This document shows positions 14,892-27,780 of a DNA stretch of 64,000 nt, piece after piece. The position numbers and the translations under genes were made by a program. Every line of letters starts with the position of its first letter. The stretch's first letter is position 1. Origin of the DNA: the human T2T-CHM13v2.0 reference genome, Homo sapiens. The DNA lies in NCBI RefSeq assembly GCF_009914755.1, contig NC_060926.1, one strand, 5' to 3'. The notes under the pieces are model-generated. The model made no database searches. It saw only the letters and a list, made by a program, of their open reading frames with translations, and was not told the origin of the DNA.

Positions 14892-15559
14892 TAAGGAGAA
14901 AAAATGAAAGTATCTTTTAATTCATTAGCATAATCCATCAAACAATGAAAACTCAGAAGTTGTGGAACAAACCAATGAAATCAAGTCAGCTATTAATTCA
15001 TCAGCTCTACTTTTCTAATTATAATGAGTCTGATGCTTCTAACCCTATATGAAGCAACCAAGTTACTCAGTGAAGGAAATAATGCCTTGGGCCATAATGG
15101 AGGTGGGAGTGAGCAGCCTTCGGGGAAGTGGCAGCTACCGCCTGCTGAATGTCACACGGTTGAACAGGCTGCTGCAGCTGTACTGGAGAAAACACTTCCC
15201 AAGAGGGAGGAGACAGACATTTAGCTTTCAGTTACTAAGGAACCTAATATATAAAATGTTACAAAAATTGAAAATGTATATATACACAAACGTTAGTTCT
15301 ATTTAATTGTTCATTTTGCTAAGGTTGACGCAAGTTCCTCAGGGGAAGATATAAGCTGTAATCTTTTTGGTAGAGGGGTATAGCCAGGGACTTCCATAAA
15401 ATTGAGAGAGAAGGAGGCGGAGGGGGAACCAGGCAGGTTGGATTGCAAAGCATGCCTTTCCAGCTGCATCTCTCATGTCTTCTCAAAGGGGTCTTCCAAA
15501 CTCAACAGAGGCTAAATCCTCAACAGTATGACCCGAGCCATGATCCATAGCTGTGGTCA

Positions 15560-15745
15560 AAGTAAAAAGGATGAGGCAAACCTAGATTCAAGTTCTGACC
15601 GTACCTGAGGCATGCATGTCTCACCTCCCTGAGCCTCAGAGTTCTTATTTGTCCAATGGAGATGATAATTTTCCCTTAGAGGATTAAAGATGAAAGTTAT
15701 TTCTTCCTAAGTGCCGTGCATACAGTAGGTACTCAGCCATGACAT
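15560..15745 (+). mobile_element. MIR SINE relic
   Basis: ctccctgagcctcagagttcttatttgtccaatggagatgataat...tgcatacagtaggtactca. Confidence 0.6.
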
Positions 15746-16212
15746 ATGGGATGATTATTTCCTTGCCACTGCTTTTGCCCACAAACTTACTAGCTGTCTT
15801 CCCTTTACGTATCCCAGCTTTACTCCTCCTCCCAGGCATGGCTCCTAATTGGCTTTCTCCACTCAAGAACCATTCAAACTCAAAGAATATGCATTCTTTC
15901 TAAAAACAAAATCCCCATTTTCAATCATATTTATGTAGCCATAAGGACATAGTTCCTTTCATTATTTAATTTTTCAAGTCTTGAAAACATGCCCTATTTT
16001 GTCTGGAAGGAGGTATGCATATTGAACTTGATTCTGGAATCTGTGGGCCAAGCCTGTTATTCCTTCCCAGGTCCGGCACAGTTCCAGGCCTGTAGGGAGA
16101 CATCATTCTTTGCCTTTAGAACAGATATAGCTGCTTTTGCTTGTGGAGCATTCTGGTGTGCAAAGCTGCCCTTGGACACAGACATCATCTTGCCTCTCTC
16201 CCCTCTTCACAG

Positions 16213-16397
16213 GTGACAGCAAAGCGCGGCTCAGCAGCAGCTTGCCCTCTGCCACCCTGGGCAGCCTCCTGGATGACCAGCACTGGCACTCGGTCCTCAT
16301 TGAGCGGGTGGGCAAGCAGGTGAACTTCACGGTGGACAAGCACACACAGCACTTCCGCACCAAGGGCGAGACGGATGCCTTAGACATTGACTATGAG
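16213..16397 (+). CDS. CNTNAP5: CNTNAP5 internal coding exon (185 nt, phase 1-0; probably exon 6), LamG1 middle
   Basis: ctctctccctcttcacAG acceptor (16211-16212); GAG|gtgagt donor at 16398. Continues the previous exon's frame: (G)[61 protein letters not shown], with the LamG 'DDQHWHSV' motif. Confidence 0.95.
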
Positions 16398-17445
16398 GTG
16401 AGTTGATCCTCCTTCCTGCACCTCCTCGGCCCCTTGCTTCAATGAACGCAGCAAGAAAATCAGTGAGCAGACCAACTGAGAGAAGTGGTGGGGCACTGAG
16501 GAGTCTTACCCTGGGACTTACTTCCTCCATCTATGCCAGATAGTCAACAAGGAAAGGAGTGCAGCCAGAGAATCTGAGCAGTGAAGGAGTGATGGGCTAA
16601 ACCACAAGATAGCAGCTCTGTGCATTTTAAAATCCAGCAGGTTTCCTTCTCATTTTTTTTTTCCTGCGTGTAGACTTTCTGTGCTGCTGCCTAGTCTATT
16701 GGTTATGTATCTTCTTAAAAAAAAGACCTCAGTTATCTGTGGTGATGAAAGATATTTACATTATAAACAAAACCCATGGAATCTAAAACCTGCAGTCGAG
16801 ACTACCCTTTGACTTTCATTCTTCCGATGCAAGCTTTTGACTAATACCGTGGCGAGCTGTTTCTTCCCTGCTCTCTTGTAGAAGAGGTACAGTGAAATGC
16901 ACCAGTTCAATGCAAAGAAGGCTGCACAAAGCTCTGCAAACTGGCAGCCAAGAGTTTGCCAGCTTTGTTAGTAGTTCAGTTCAAGGAATGCATGTTGTGC
17001 CCCTGCTGTACACCAGGCTCTGCTGGGCCATAAATGTCCAGTCTCTGAGTTGGAGAAACTGAGATAAGCTCTTGCAGAACAAGGAGGTTAAAGCTACAGT
17101 GGATGAAGCCCCTGTCACTGGAAGTTTAGAATAGAGAAATTTTATATTTATATAATTATGTATTTATATAGGAAACAGGGCACTTAATTCAACCTTGAAA
17201 AATGGCAGAAGTTTTCTAGCAGGAGATGCTGCTAAGCCTTGAAAGAATAGGGTTAGAAGACTGGGGAGGCAAGACAGAGCATGGTTCAAAAAATGTCAAA
17301 CAGTCCAGTATTTATGGAATTCAAAAGAATAGGCCATCAGTGGTGTGTTTGAGTCAGCTTGTTACCAGTTCATGAGTTTCAAGTGTTAGATTTTCAGAAA
17401 TTTTGTGAGCCCTTGGTTAACCTAGGCATTATTAAAAATTAAGTT

Positions 17446-17728
17446 GGCTGGGCATGGTGGCTCACACCTGTAATCTCAGCACTTTGGGAAACTGAGACCA
17501 GCAGATCACGAGGTCAGGAGATAGAGACCATCCTGGCTAACATGGTGAAACCCCGTCACTACTAAAAACACAAAAAACTAGCCGGGCATGGTGGCTCGCG
17601 CCTGTAGTTCCTGATACTCAGGAGGCTGAGGCAGGAGAATTGCTTGAACCTGGGAGGTGGTGCTTGCAGTGAGCCTAGATTGTGCCAATGCACTCCAGCC
17701 CGGGAGACAGAGTCAGACTCCGTCTTAA

Positions 17729-17769
<41 letters not shown>
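17446..17769 (+). mobile_element. AluSc-like element with (TAA)n tail
   Basis: GGCTGGGCATGGTGGCTCAC start; gatcacgaggtcaggagatagagaccatcctggct diagnostic; (TAA)n tail; AAGTT on both flanks. Confidence 0.93.
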
Positions 17770-17770
<1 letters not shown>

Positions 17771-18075
17771 GTTATGTAAACTTGAAATTAGTTTTAAAAG
17801 CTAATACATTCATTGATTTCTAATTATTTCACTATATTATATCGATTTGCCTGTCTCTTTTAACTAAAGGTGCTCTGGAGGTATTTCATGACTATTCTAT
17901 CTGTGTTGTGGGGATACTGTAGGTTGGGCTGCTACCACACAGCTCTTCCCAATTCTATGTTCAGTGAAATCCCGTTGACAGCTTGAAGTCTACCATAGTG
18001 GAAATACTTATACCACAGAGGTTGACATACATTACAAATCAGGGACTGCTTTATTGTTTTGTGCATTGTCTAGAC

Positions 18076-18220
18076 CAGGGGTCAGAAAACTACCTGGCTT
18101 GTCTGGCTTGAGGCCTGTTTTTTTATGATGTGTGAGTTAAGACTAATTTTTACATTTTTAAAGGGTTGTAAAGGCAATAAAGAAATTTTTCAAAAAGAAT
18201 ATATGACAGAGACTCTAAGT
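18076..18220 (+). mobile_element. MER58-like (hAT-Charlie) fragment
   Basis: caggggtcagaaaactac...tttttacatttttaaagggttgtaaa...gaatatatgacagagact. Confidence 0.55.
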
Positions 18221-19677
18221 GCTACAGATAAAATTATTCAACAAAGGTCAGCAAAAGCATTCTATAAAACTCAACTGGTATACAGAACTTACAATAATAG
18301 ATTATTGCATATTTTATCATTATTCATAAATTGTGTGCTACAAGTTGTTAATATCATTAAAAGAATCTTACGTTTGGATACACAGTCATGGCACACCAAC
18401 ACGTACATACCTGTGGGTATGTGTGTGTTCCTGTGTCCCACCTTGGACAGCCTGCTAGCAGACAACTTCAATCACTAGTGGGATAGATAATAGAACAGTG
18501 GAGATGGAGATGAATAATTGAGAAATCGGGACTTATTTTTTCAATCACTATCATGAGAATAAGAGAGCTCTTTTGATCTTAACCTTAGTTTAGTATACTG
18601 TGGATAAAATATGCCATTCATTAACTTCAAAAAGGAATTTGTCACTCTTTGACTCAGAATACAAGATAACAGGTGGATATTTTTGAGTTGCTGAAAACTG
18701 GAAATCTGTGAATATCAATTGCTCTCCTTTGTCAACTTGTTTAATTGATTGACAAAAGAAAGAACACACTCAATATTGGAACCATCTCAAAGAAAAGAGA
18801 TATTTTTTATAAACTCGAAGACAACAACAACAGCAAAAAAAACAAAACAAACAAACAAAAAAACCTATAAAATCATCTGGAAGTCTCGTCATTCCCCCGA
18901 CATACTTTCCCTTTAATGTCCCAGAAGATGGTTCTAAAATTCACTCTGTTGCCAGATTTAATGTTTATTTACAAGCCCATGTCTGCTTATCTTTTGTCTC
19001 TTGTGTGTGGAATCTGTATAAAATCATAGCTGAGTGACATTACAGTGAAAGTCAGCATTTAGGGAAATGAAATCCGATGAAGTTGGAACTGATTTCTTCA
19101 GGGCGTGCACGGATGTCTTGGTGCTTTATAAAATGTGCTCCCTAGGAAAGAGGCACCTTGAAACGTTTCTCTGAAGTAACCTCTGCTTTAGGGAATTCAA
19201 GTCTTCTCCAGATTGTTCAGCCAGCTTGCTCCAATGATTATAAAAGAAGATAGATTGGCTGTAATAGCGGCGTTTGACATTAGCTGTACTGGAAGACAAG
19301 AGTTACGTGTCAAGAGAAACCTCCAGCCTTTGAAGATTCACCCCAAAGACTGTGTGGAGATGAAAGAACACTGGTGCAGAAACCCTGTGTTCTACTCACC
19401 ACATGACCACTAACTGGCTGTGTAAACCTGGGAAATAAAAAGTTCTAACTTCAGTCATCCAGAAGCAAGATCCAGACCCCTGTTGGAAGGAATGGAGCTA
19501 AACAGGATATGTAAATCTAAGGTCTATTTATCACAACGTTGCATATCAATTAGAATCTACATTGATTTGCTTTCTGCCATGCGTCCATATGTGCACAAAT
19601 GAGGCCTGGACATCACCAGCTAGAGGACAACAGTCGTGTCTTTGTGTGCCAATGACTAATTTTTGGAGCATGTACTA

Positions 19678-19768
19678 CTCTGATATATACTTCTGATATA
19701 TATATATACTCTGATATATACTTCTGATATATATATATACTCTGATATATACTTCTGTATATATCAGA
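19678..19768. repeat. 31-bp tandem repeat (~2.7 copies) ending in an inverted copy of its core
   Basis: CTCTGATATATACTTCTGATATATATATATA at 19678, 19709 and 19740; terminal TATATATCAGA is the reverse complement of TCTGATATATA. Confidence 0.85.
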
Positions 19769-20288
19769 TTTTATATCAAAGCTAATATAATTATGCAAAC
19801 CTATGTTTCTTTTTACTCTTTACCATGATGTGGTAATAATGGCAAGAAAAGGTAGTAGCTTTCATTCTTCATCTTAGACTACCTTAGGGGATATCAATCA
19901 AGTGACACAATGACTTTCTATAAAGCAACTAGCATGAACTTTGCTGCACTAAGATGTCTGCAGTGGTCTGTTTCCCTTCCTGCCCAGAAGGCAAACAGAC
20001 AAGAGCTCACAGAATCTGCTGTCAAAAAAAAAAAAAAAAAAAAAAAGGGCAGAATGTAGATCCTTTACTTCTCATTAAAATGTCTTCTCAGTTTACATCA
20101 CTTAACCCATGTGACTTCTCCAAACGCTGCGAGAAGGATTGTAGCAGCTCAGTTTACTTCCAGCCTGGAGCAGAAGGGCTTTAGAAAAAAAGATATTTTT
20201 AGGATCTTTAGAAAAAATAGTTCTTTTCTAACATTTTTGTAATCCAAGAAGGCTTTTCTTATCAAAAGTGCTCAGTAATCTTGTTTTA

Positions 20289-20684
<396 letters not shown>

Positions 20685-23600
20685 TCAATGAAAATTCTTA
20701 GTCAAAAAAACAAACAAAAAATTAGATTGAACTAAACATTTTAAAATACATAGATGTTTAATCTCTGAGAATAAGTTTCACAGAAGTTTTAAATAGAGAT
20801 CATATTTTTTAAACGTAAGAGTGCTGGAGTTCTTCTAGGAATGGCATAAAATCCAGAAACTTGGAACTAAGATATATAAAAAATTTCGTCTATGTAAAAT
20901 TTTTTAAAACCATGTGACTGTTCACCAAAAAAATCTATATAATTATGTCATCCTCCCAAGAACTTTAAAAAGTACTACAAAAAAAATCACACTTTTGAGG
21001 CAGGGCTGGATTGCAGTTCCCACTCAGACAGGCAAAACAGCGTGTGGAGACTCGCATCGTGAACTTTGGCTCCAGAACGACTGCAGTAATACATTAGGAA
21101 AGCCCGGAGGACACACAGACCCTCCAAAAGAAGCAGATTGCTTCTGCAGGACCCAGGAGGCACCCCAAATACTGCGAGTGCCCAAACTGTGGAGGGAAAG
21201 GGAGATCATCCCACAAAAGGAGGATCATCTGCCCCTGAACACAAACCCCCACTGGGGAACCCGAAGGTCTAGATTACGGGAGAAGATTTTGACCTTACTT
21301 GGAGCTCATTGAATTTAGAAAGCTGGGCAAAATACCCAAATGAGGAAAAAGGAGGAAAATCCCTGTGGGCTTGCTGAGTCAATTTCTGCCTTGCTTCACA
21401 GTGGACCTTCAGGAGGGCTACCAGAGGCACTGAGAAAAGGCCATAGGGAGAAGGAAATCTCTAGGTGAACTTCGTAACAATTTGAACCCATTGAGAAGTC
21501 TCCTGGCCGGCACTCAAGGAAGGGCATGAATCCAGTGTCCAGAATCCACAGGTAGGGGAAGCAGGAAAGCCCTACTTATTTTTGCAGCTGTGAGGTGGGT
21601 AGCCTAGGACAAGTTCACAGCCCTGCTTTTCCACTGCTTGGAAACAGACTTGGTGCTATTGAGGGTGGGGCACGGTGAGAGTGAGACCAGCCCTTTGTGT
21701 TGCGTGGGAGCTGGGTGAGGCCTGTGACTGCCCGCTTTGCCCACTTCCCTGACAACCTGCATGACACAGCAAAGGCACCCATAATCCTTCTAGGAACATA
21801 ACTTCATTGACCTGGGAACCTCACCCTAATCCTCCACAGCAGTTGCCACAAGACCTGCCCAAGTAGAGTCTGAGTTCAGACATGCCTAGCCCTTCCCCCA
21901 CCTAATGGTCCTTCTCTACCCAACCTAGTAAATGAAGAAAAAGGGCATATACTCTTGGGAGATCTGGGGCCCTGGCCACCACCTGTTCCTCTCCATACTA
22001 CTAAGGCTGATGCTTTCTTGAAAATGCCAGCTCCTGGGAGAAGGCCAACCAGAACAAAAGTAGTGCATTAATCAAACAAAGCTGCAGATCCTCACAGAGT
22101 CCACTTCAGGCCCCTGCAACCTCCACTGGAGCAGGTGCCCATATCCGTGGCTGAGAGACCCACAGTTCTGTGTAGTCAACCCGCAGTACCAGCACAGAGC
22201 CTGGTAGACTTGCTGGGTGGCCAGATCCAGAAGAGAGACAACAATCACTACAGCTTGGCTCTCAGGAAGCCACATCCCTAGGAAAAGGGGGAGAGTACTA
22301 CATCAAGGAAACACCCAGTGGGACATAAGGAACTGTACAACAGCCTTGTGTCCCAGACCTTCTCTTTCACATAGCCTACCCAAATGAGAAGGAACCAGAA
22401 AACCAACTCTGATTATATGACAAAACAATGTTCTTTAACACCCCCCAAAAAAATTACACTAGCTTTCCAGCAATGGATCCAAATCAAGAAGAAATCCCTG
22501 ATTTACCTGAAAAATAATTCAGAAGGTTAGTTATTCAGCTAATCAGTGAGATACCAGAGAAAGTCAAAGCCCAACATAAGGAAATAAAAAAAAAATCATG
22601 CAAGAAGTGAAGGGAGAAATATTCAGTGAAATAAATAGCACAAATAAAAAACAATCAAAACTTTAGGAATCAACAGATGCACTTAAAGAAATGCAAAATG
22701 CTCTCAAAATTCTCAGCAATAGAATCAAACCAGTAGAAGAAAGAACTTCGGAGCTCAGAGACAAGGTTTTTGAATAAACCCAATCCAACAAAGGCAAAGA
22801 AAATAGAATAAGAAAATATGAACAAAGCATCCAGGATGTCTGGGATTATGTTAAACAATCAAACCTAAGAATAATTGGCATTCCTGAGGAAGAAGAGAAA
22901 TCTAAATGTTTGGAAAATATATTTGGGGGAATAATCAAGGAAAACTTCCCTGTCTTTGCTAGAGAACTAGATATCCAAATACAAGAAGCCCAAAGAACAC
23001 CTGGGAAATTCATCACCAAAAGATCATTGCCTAGACACATTGTCAGCACATTATCTAAAGTTAAGATGAAGGAAAGAATCTTAAGAGCCATGAGGCAAAA
23101 ACACCAGGTAACCTACAAAGGAAAACCTATCAGATTAACAGCAGATTTCTCAGCACAAATCCTACAAGCTAGAAGGGATTGGGGCCTTATCTTCAACTTC
23201 CACAAACAAAACAATTATCAGCCAAGAATTTTTACCCAGCAAAACTAAGCTTCATAAATGAAGGAAAGATACAGTCTTTTTCAGACAAACAAATGCTGAG
23301 AGAATTTGCCACTACCAAGCCAGCATTACAAGAACTGTTAAAAGGAGCTCTAAATCTTGAAACAAATCCTGGAAACACATAAAAAAAAAGAGCCTCTTTA
23401 AAGCATAAATCTCACAGGACCTACAAAACAAAAAATACAATTGAAAAAACAAAAACAAAAAACAGAGTATACAGGCAACAAATAGCACGATGAATGAAAT
23501 TTTACCTCACATCTCAAAACTAACATTGAATATAAATGGCCTAAATGCTCCACTTAAAAGATACAGAATTGCAGAATGGATAAGAGTTCACCAACCAACT

Positions 23601-26414
23601 ATCTGCTGCCTTCAAGAGACACACCTAATACATAAGAACTCACATAAACTTAAGGTAAAGGGATGGAAAAAGACATTCCATGAAAATGGACAGCAAAAGT
23701 GAGCAGGTGTAGCTATTCTTATATTAGACAAAACAGACTTTAAAGCAACAGCAGTTAAAAGAGATAAAGAGAGTCATTATACAATGATAAAAGGCCTTGT
23801 CCAACAGGAAATTATCACAGTCATAAATATATATGCACCTAACTCTGGAGCTCCCAAATTTGTAAAACAATTACTACTAGACCTAACATACAGACAGCAG
23901 CTAAATAATAGTGGGGGACTTTAATACTCCACTGACAGCACTAGACAGGTCATCAAGACAGAAAGTCAACAAAGAAATGATAGATTTAAACTACACCCTG
24001 GAACAAATGAACTTAACAGATATTTACATAACATTCCACCCAACAACCACAGGTATTCTATTCAACAGTGCGTAGAATGTTCTCCAAGATAGAGGATATG
24101 GTAGGCCACAAAATGAACCTCAATAAATTCAAGAAAACTGAAATTATGTCAAGCACTTGCTCAGAACATGGGGGAATAAATCTGAAAATCAACTCCAAAA
24201 GGAACATTCAAAACCATGCAAATACATGGAAATTAAATAACCCACTCCTGAATGATCATTTGGCCAAAAATGAAATCAAGATGAAAATTAAAAAATTTTT
24301 TGAACTGAATGACAGTAGTCATTCACAACCTATCAAAACCTCTGGGATACAGCGAAAGCAGGGCTAAGAGGAAAGTTCATAGCCCTAAACAACTACATCA
24401 AAAAGTCTCAAAGAGCACAAGCAGACAATCTAAGGTCACACCTCAAGAAACTAGAGAAACAAGAACAAACTCAATTCAAATCCAGCAGAAGAAAGGAAAT
24501 AACAAAGATCAGAGCAGAAATAAATGAAATTGAAACACACATACGAAAAATACAAAAGATAAATGAAACAAAAATCTGGTTCTTTGAAAAGATAAATAAA
24601 ATTTATAGACCATTAGCAAGATTAACCAAAAAAAAGAAGAGAAAAAATCCAAATAAGCTCTATTAGAAACGAAATGAGAGACATTACAACTGACACCACA
24701 GAGATACAAAAGATCATTAAAGACTATTATAAACACCTTCATGTACATAAGCTAAAAAACCTAGTGGAGATGGATAAATTCCTGGAAAGATACAACCTTC
24801 CTAGCTTACATCAGGAAGAATTAGATATGCTGAACAGACCAATAACAAGCAGCGATATTGAAATAGTAATCAAAAAATTACCAATAAAAAAAGTCCAGGA
24901 CCAGACAGTTTCACAGCAGAATTCTACCAGACATTCAAAGAAGAATTGGTACCAATCCTATTGACACTAATCCACAAGATAGAGAAAGAGACATGATAGA
25001 GAAAGAGAGAACCCTCCCTAAGTCATTCTATGAAGCCAATATCACCCTAATACCAAAACCAGGAAAGGACATAACCAAAAAGAAAACTACATACCAATAT
25101 CCCTGATGAACATAGATGCAAAAATCCTTAGCTAAACGCTAGCTAACCAAATCCAACAACATATCAAAACAATAATCCACCATGATCAAGTGGGATTCAT
25201 ACCAGGGATGCAGGGATGGTTTAACATACTCAAGTCAATAAATATTATACACTACATAAACAGAATAAAAACCAAAACCACATGATCCTCTCAAAAGATG
25301 CAGAAAAGGCATTTGGCAAAATGCAGGATCCCTTTATGATTAAAACTCTCGGCAACATTGGCATGCAAGGGACATACTTCCATGTAATAAAAGCCATCTG
25401 TGACAAGCCCACATGCAATGTAATACTGAGTGGGGAAAAGTTGAAAGCATTCCCTCTGAGAACTGGAACAAGACAAGGATGCCCGCTCTCACCACTCCTC
25501 TTCAACATAGCACTGGAAGTCCTAGCCAGAGCAATAAGACAAGAGAAAGAAATAAAGTGCATCCAAAACAGTAAAAAGAAAGTCAAACTTGTAGCTGTTT
25601 GCTGATGATATGATTGGTTACCTAGACAACCCTAAAGACTCATTCAGAAGCTCCTAGAACTGATAAAAGAATTCAGCAAAGTTTCTGGATAAAAAAATCA
25701 ATGTAGCTCTTCTGTACACCAACAGCGACAACGCTGAGAATGAAATCAAGAACTCAGCCCCTTTTACAATAACTGCAATAAATAAATAAATAAATAAATA
25801 AAATACTTAGGAAGATACCTAATCAAGAAGGTGAAAGACCTCTACAAGAAAAACTACAAAACACTGCTGAAAGAAATCATAGATGACACAAATAAATGGA
25901 AACACGTCCCATGCTCATGAATGGGTAGAATCAATATTGTGAAAATGACCATAATTGCCAAAGTGACATACAAATTCAATACACTCCTCATCAAAATACC
26001 ACCATCATTCTTCACAGCATTAGAAAAAGCAATTGTAAAATTCATATGGAACTAAAAAGGAGCCCACATAGTCAAAACAAGACTAAGCAAAAAACAAATC
26101 TGGAGGCATCACATTACCTGATTTCAAACTATACTATAAGGCCATAGTAACCAAAACAGCATGGTACTGGAAGAAAAACAGGCACATCCACCAATGGAAC
26201 AGAATAGAAAACCCAGAAATAAACCCTAATACTTATAGCCAACTGATCTTTGACAAAGCAAACAAAAACAAAAGTGGAGAAAGGTCACCCTATTTAACAA
26301 ATGGTGCTGGATATTTGGCAAGCTGCCTGTAGGAGAATGAAACTAGATCCTCATCTCACACCACATAGAAAAGTCAACTCAATGTGAATTAAAGACTTAA
26401 ATCTAAGACCTGAA

Positions 26415-26884
26415 ACTATGAAAGTTCTAGAAGATGGCATTAGGGAAACCCTTCTAGACATTGGCTTGGGCAAAGATTTCATGACTAAGAACCAAAAAGT
26501 AAATGTAATTTAAACAAAGATAAATAGCTGGAACTTAATTAAACTAAACAGCTTTTGCACAGCAAAAGGAACAGTCAACAGAGTAAACAGACAACCCACA
26601 AAGTGGGAGAAAATGTTCACAATCTATACAATCTTTGTCACATCCAATGACTATACAAATTCTAGAAGATAACATTGGAAAAATCCTTCTAGACATTGGC
26701 TTAGGCAAAGACTTCATGACCAAGAACCCAAAAGAAAATGTAATTAAAACAAAGATAAATAGCTAGGACTTAATTAAACTGAAGAGCTTTTGCACAGCAA
26801 AAGGAACAGTCAGCAGAATAAACAGACAACCCACAGAGTGGGAGAAAATCTTCACAATCTTCACAATCTTTGTGACATCTGACA
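26415..26884 (+). repeat. ~235-bp tandem duplication inside L1PB ORF2
   Basis: TTCTAGAAGAT...CTTCTAGACATTGGCTT...CACAATC occurs at 26425 and again at 26660. Confidence 0.9.
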
Positions 26885-26979
26885 AAGGACTAATATCCAG
26901 AAACTACAATGAACTCAAATTAGCAAGAAAAAAAAGAAAACATCAAAAAGTGTGCTAAGGACATGAATAGACAATTCTC

Positions 26980-27227
26980 TTTTTTTTATTAGGAAAATGT
27001 CTTTTTATTAATCAACTTTTATGTTAAGTTCCAGGGTACATGTATAGGATGTGCAGATTTGTTACATAGGTAAACGTGTGCCATGGTGGTTTGTTGCACA
27101 GATAAACCCATCACGAAGATATTAAGCCCAGCACCCATTAGCTGATCTTCCTTTTATTTTTTAAATATACATATATATTTATTATACTTTAAGTTCTAGG
27201 GTACATGTGCACAATGTGCAGGTTTGT
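26980..27227 (-). mobile_element. Composite antisense insertion of two L1PA 3' ends inside the L1PB
   Basis: Flanked by GACAATTCTC (26970-26979 and 27228-27237). Contains an older L1PA8-13-like 3' end (~26980-27151) and a younger L1PA-type terminus (~27152-27227). Confidence 0.85.
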
Positions 27228-27662
27228 GACAATTCTCAAAAGAAGATATACAAATGGCCAACAAACATATGAAAAAATGCTCAATATCACTAATGATCAG
27301 GAAAATGCAAATCAAAACCACAATGTGATACCATCTTACTCCTGCAAGAATGGCCATAATCAAAAAATCAAAAAATAGTAGATGTTGGCATGGATATGGT
27401 GAGCAGGGAACACTTCTGTACTGTTAGTGGCAATGTAAACTAGTACAACCACTATGGAAAACAGTGTGAAGACTCCTTAAAGAACTAAAAGTAGAACTAC
27501 CATTGGATCCAGCAATCCCACTACTAGGTATCTACCCAGAGGAAAAGAAGTCATTATATGAAAAAGATACTTGCACACACATGTTTATAGCAGCACAATT
27601 TGCAATTGCAAAAACATGGAACCAACTCAAACGCCCATCAATCAATTAGTGGATAAAGAAAC

Positions 27663-27780
27663 TAATATATATATATATAATATATATAATAAATATATAT
27701 TATATATAATATAAAATATATATTACATATACAATATAATATATATAATGTAATATTTTATATATATATATATATATAAA
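27663..27780. repeat. AT-rich (TA)n-derived low-complexity expansion in the L1PB 3' region
   Basis: Nearly pure A/T degenerate TA repeats. Confidence 0.85.

Larger units (their letters stand above)
17338..18480 (+). mobile_element. MER63-like hAT (Blackjack) DNA transposon fossil interrupted by an Alu and a MER58-like element
   Basis: Starts cagtggtgtgtttgagtcagcttgttaccagttc; internal ctcttcccaattctatgttcagtgaaatcccgttgacagcttgaag matches my recollection of MER63; the 3' boundary is uncertain. Confidence 0.55.

Noticed and set aside
22910-25605. L1 ORF1/ORF2-like ORFs (endonuclease, RT) as an active retroelement or novel RT system
   Set aside because: Fragmented by many stops and frameshifts; an ordinary dead L1PB.
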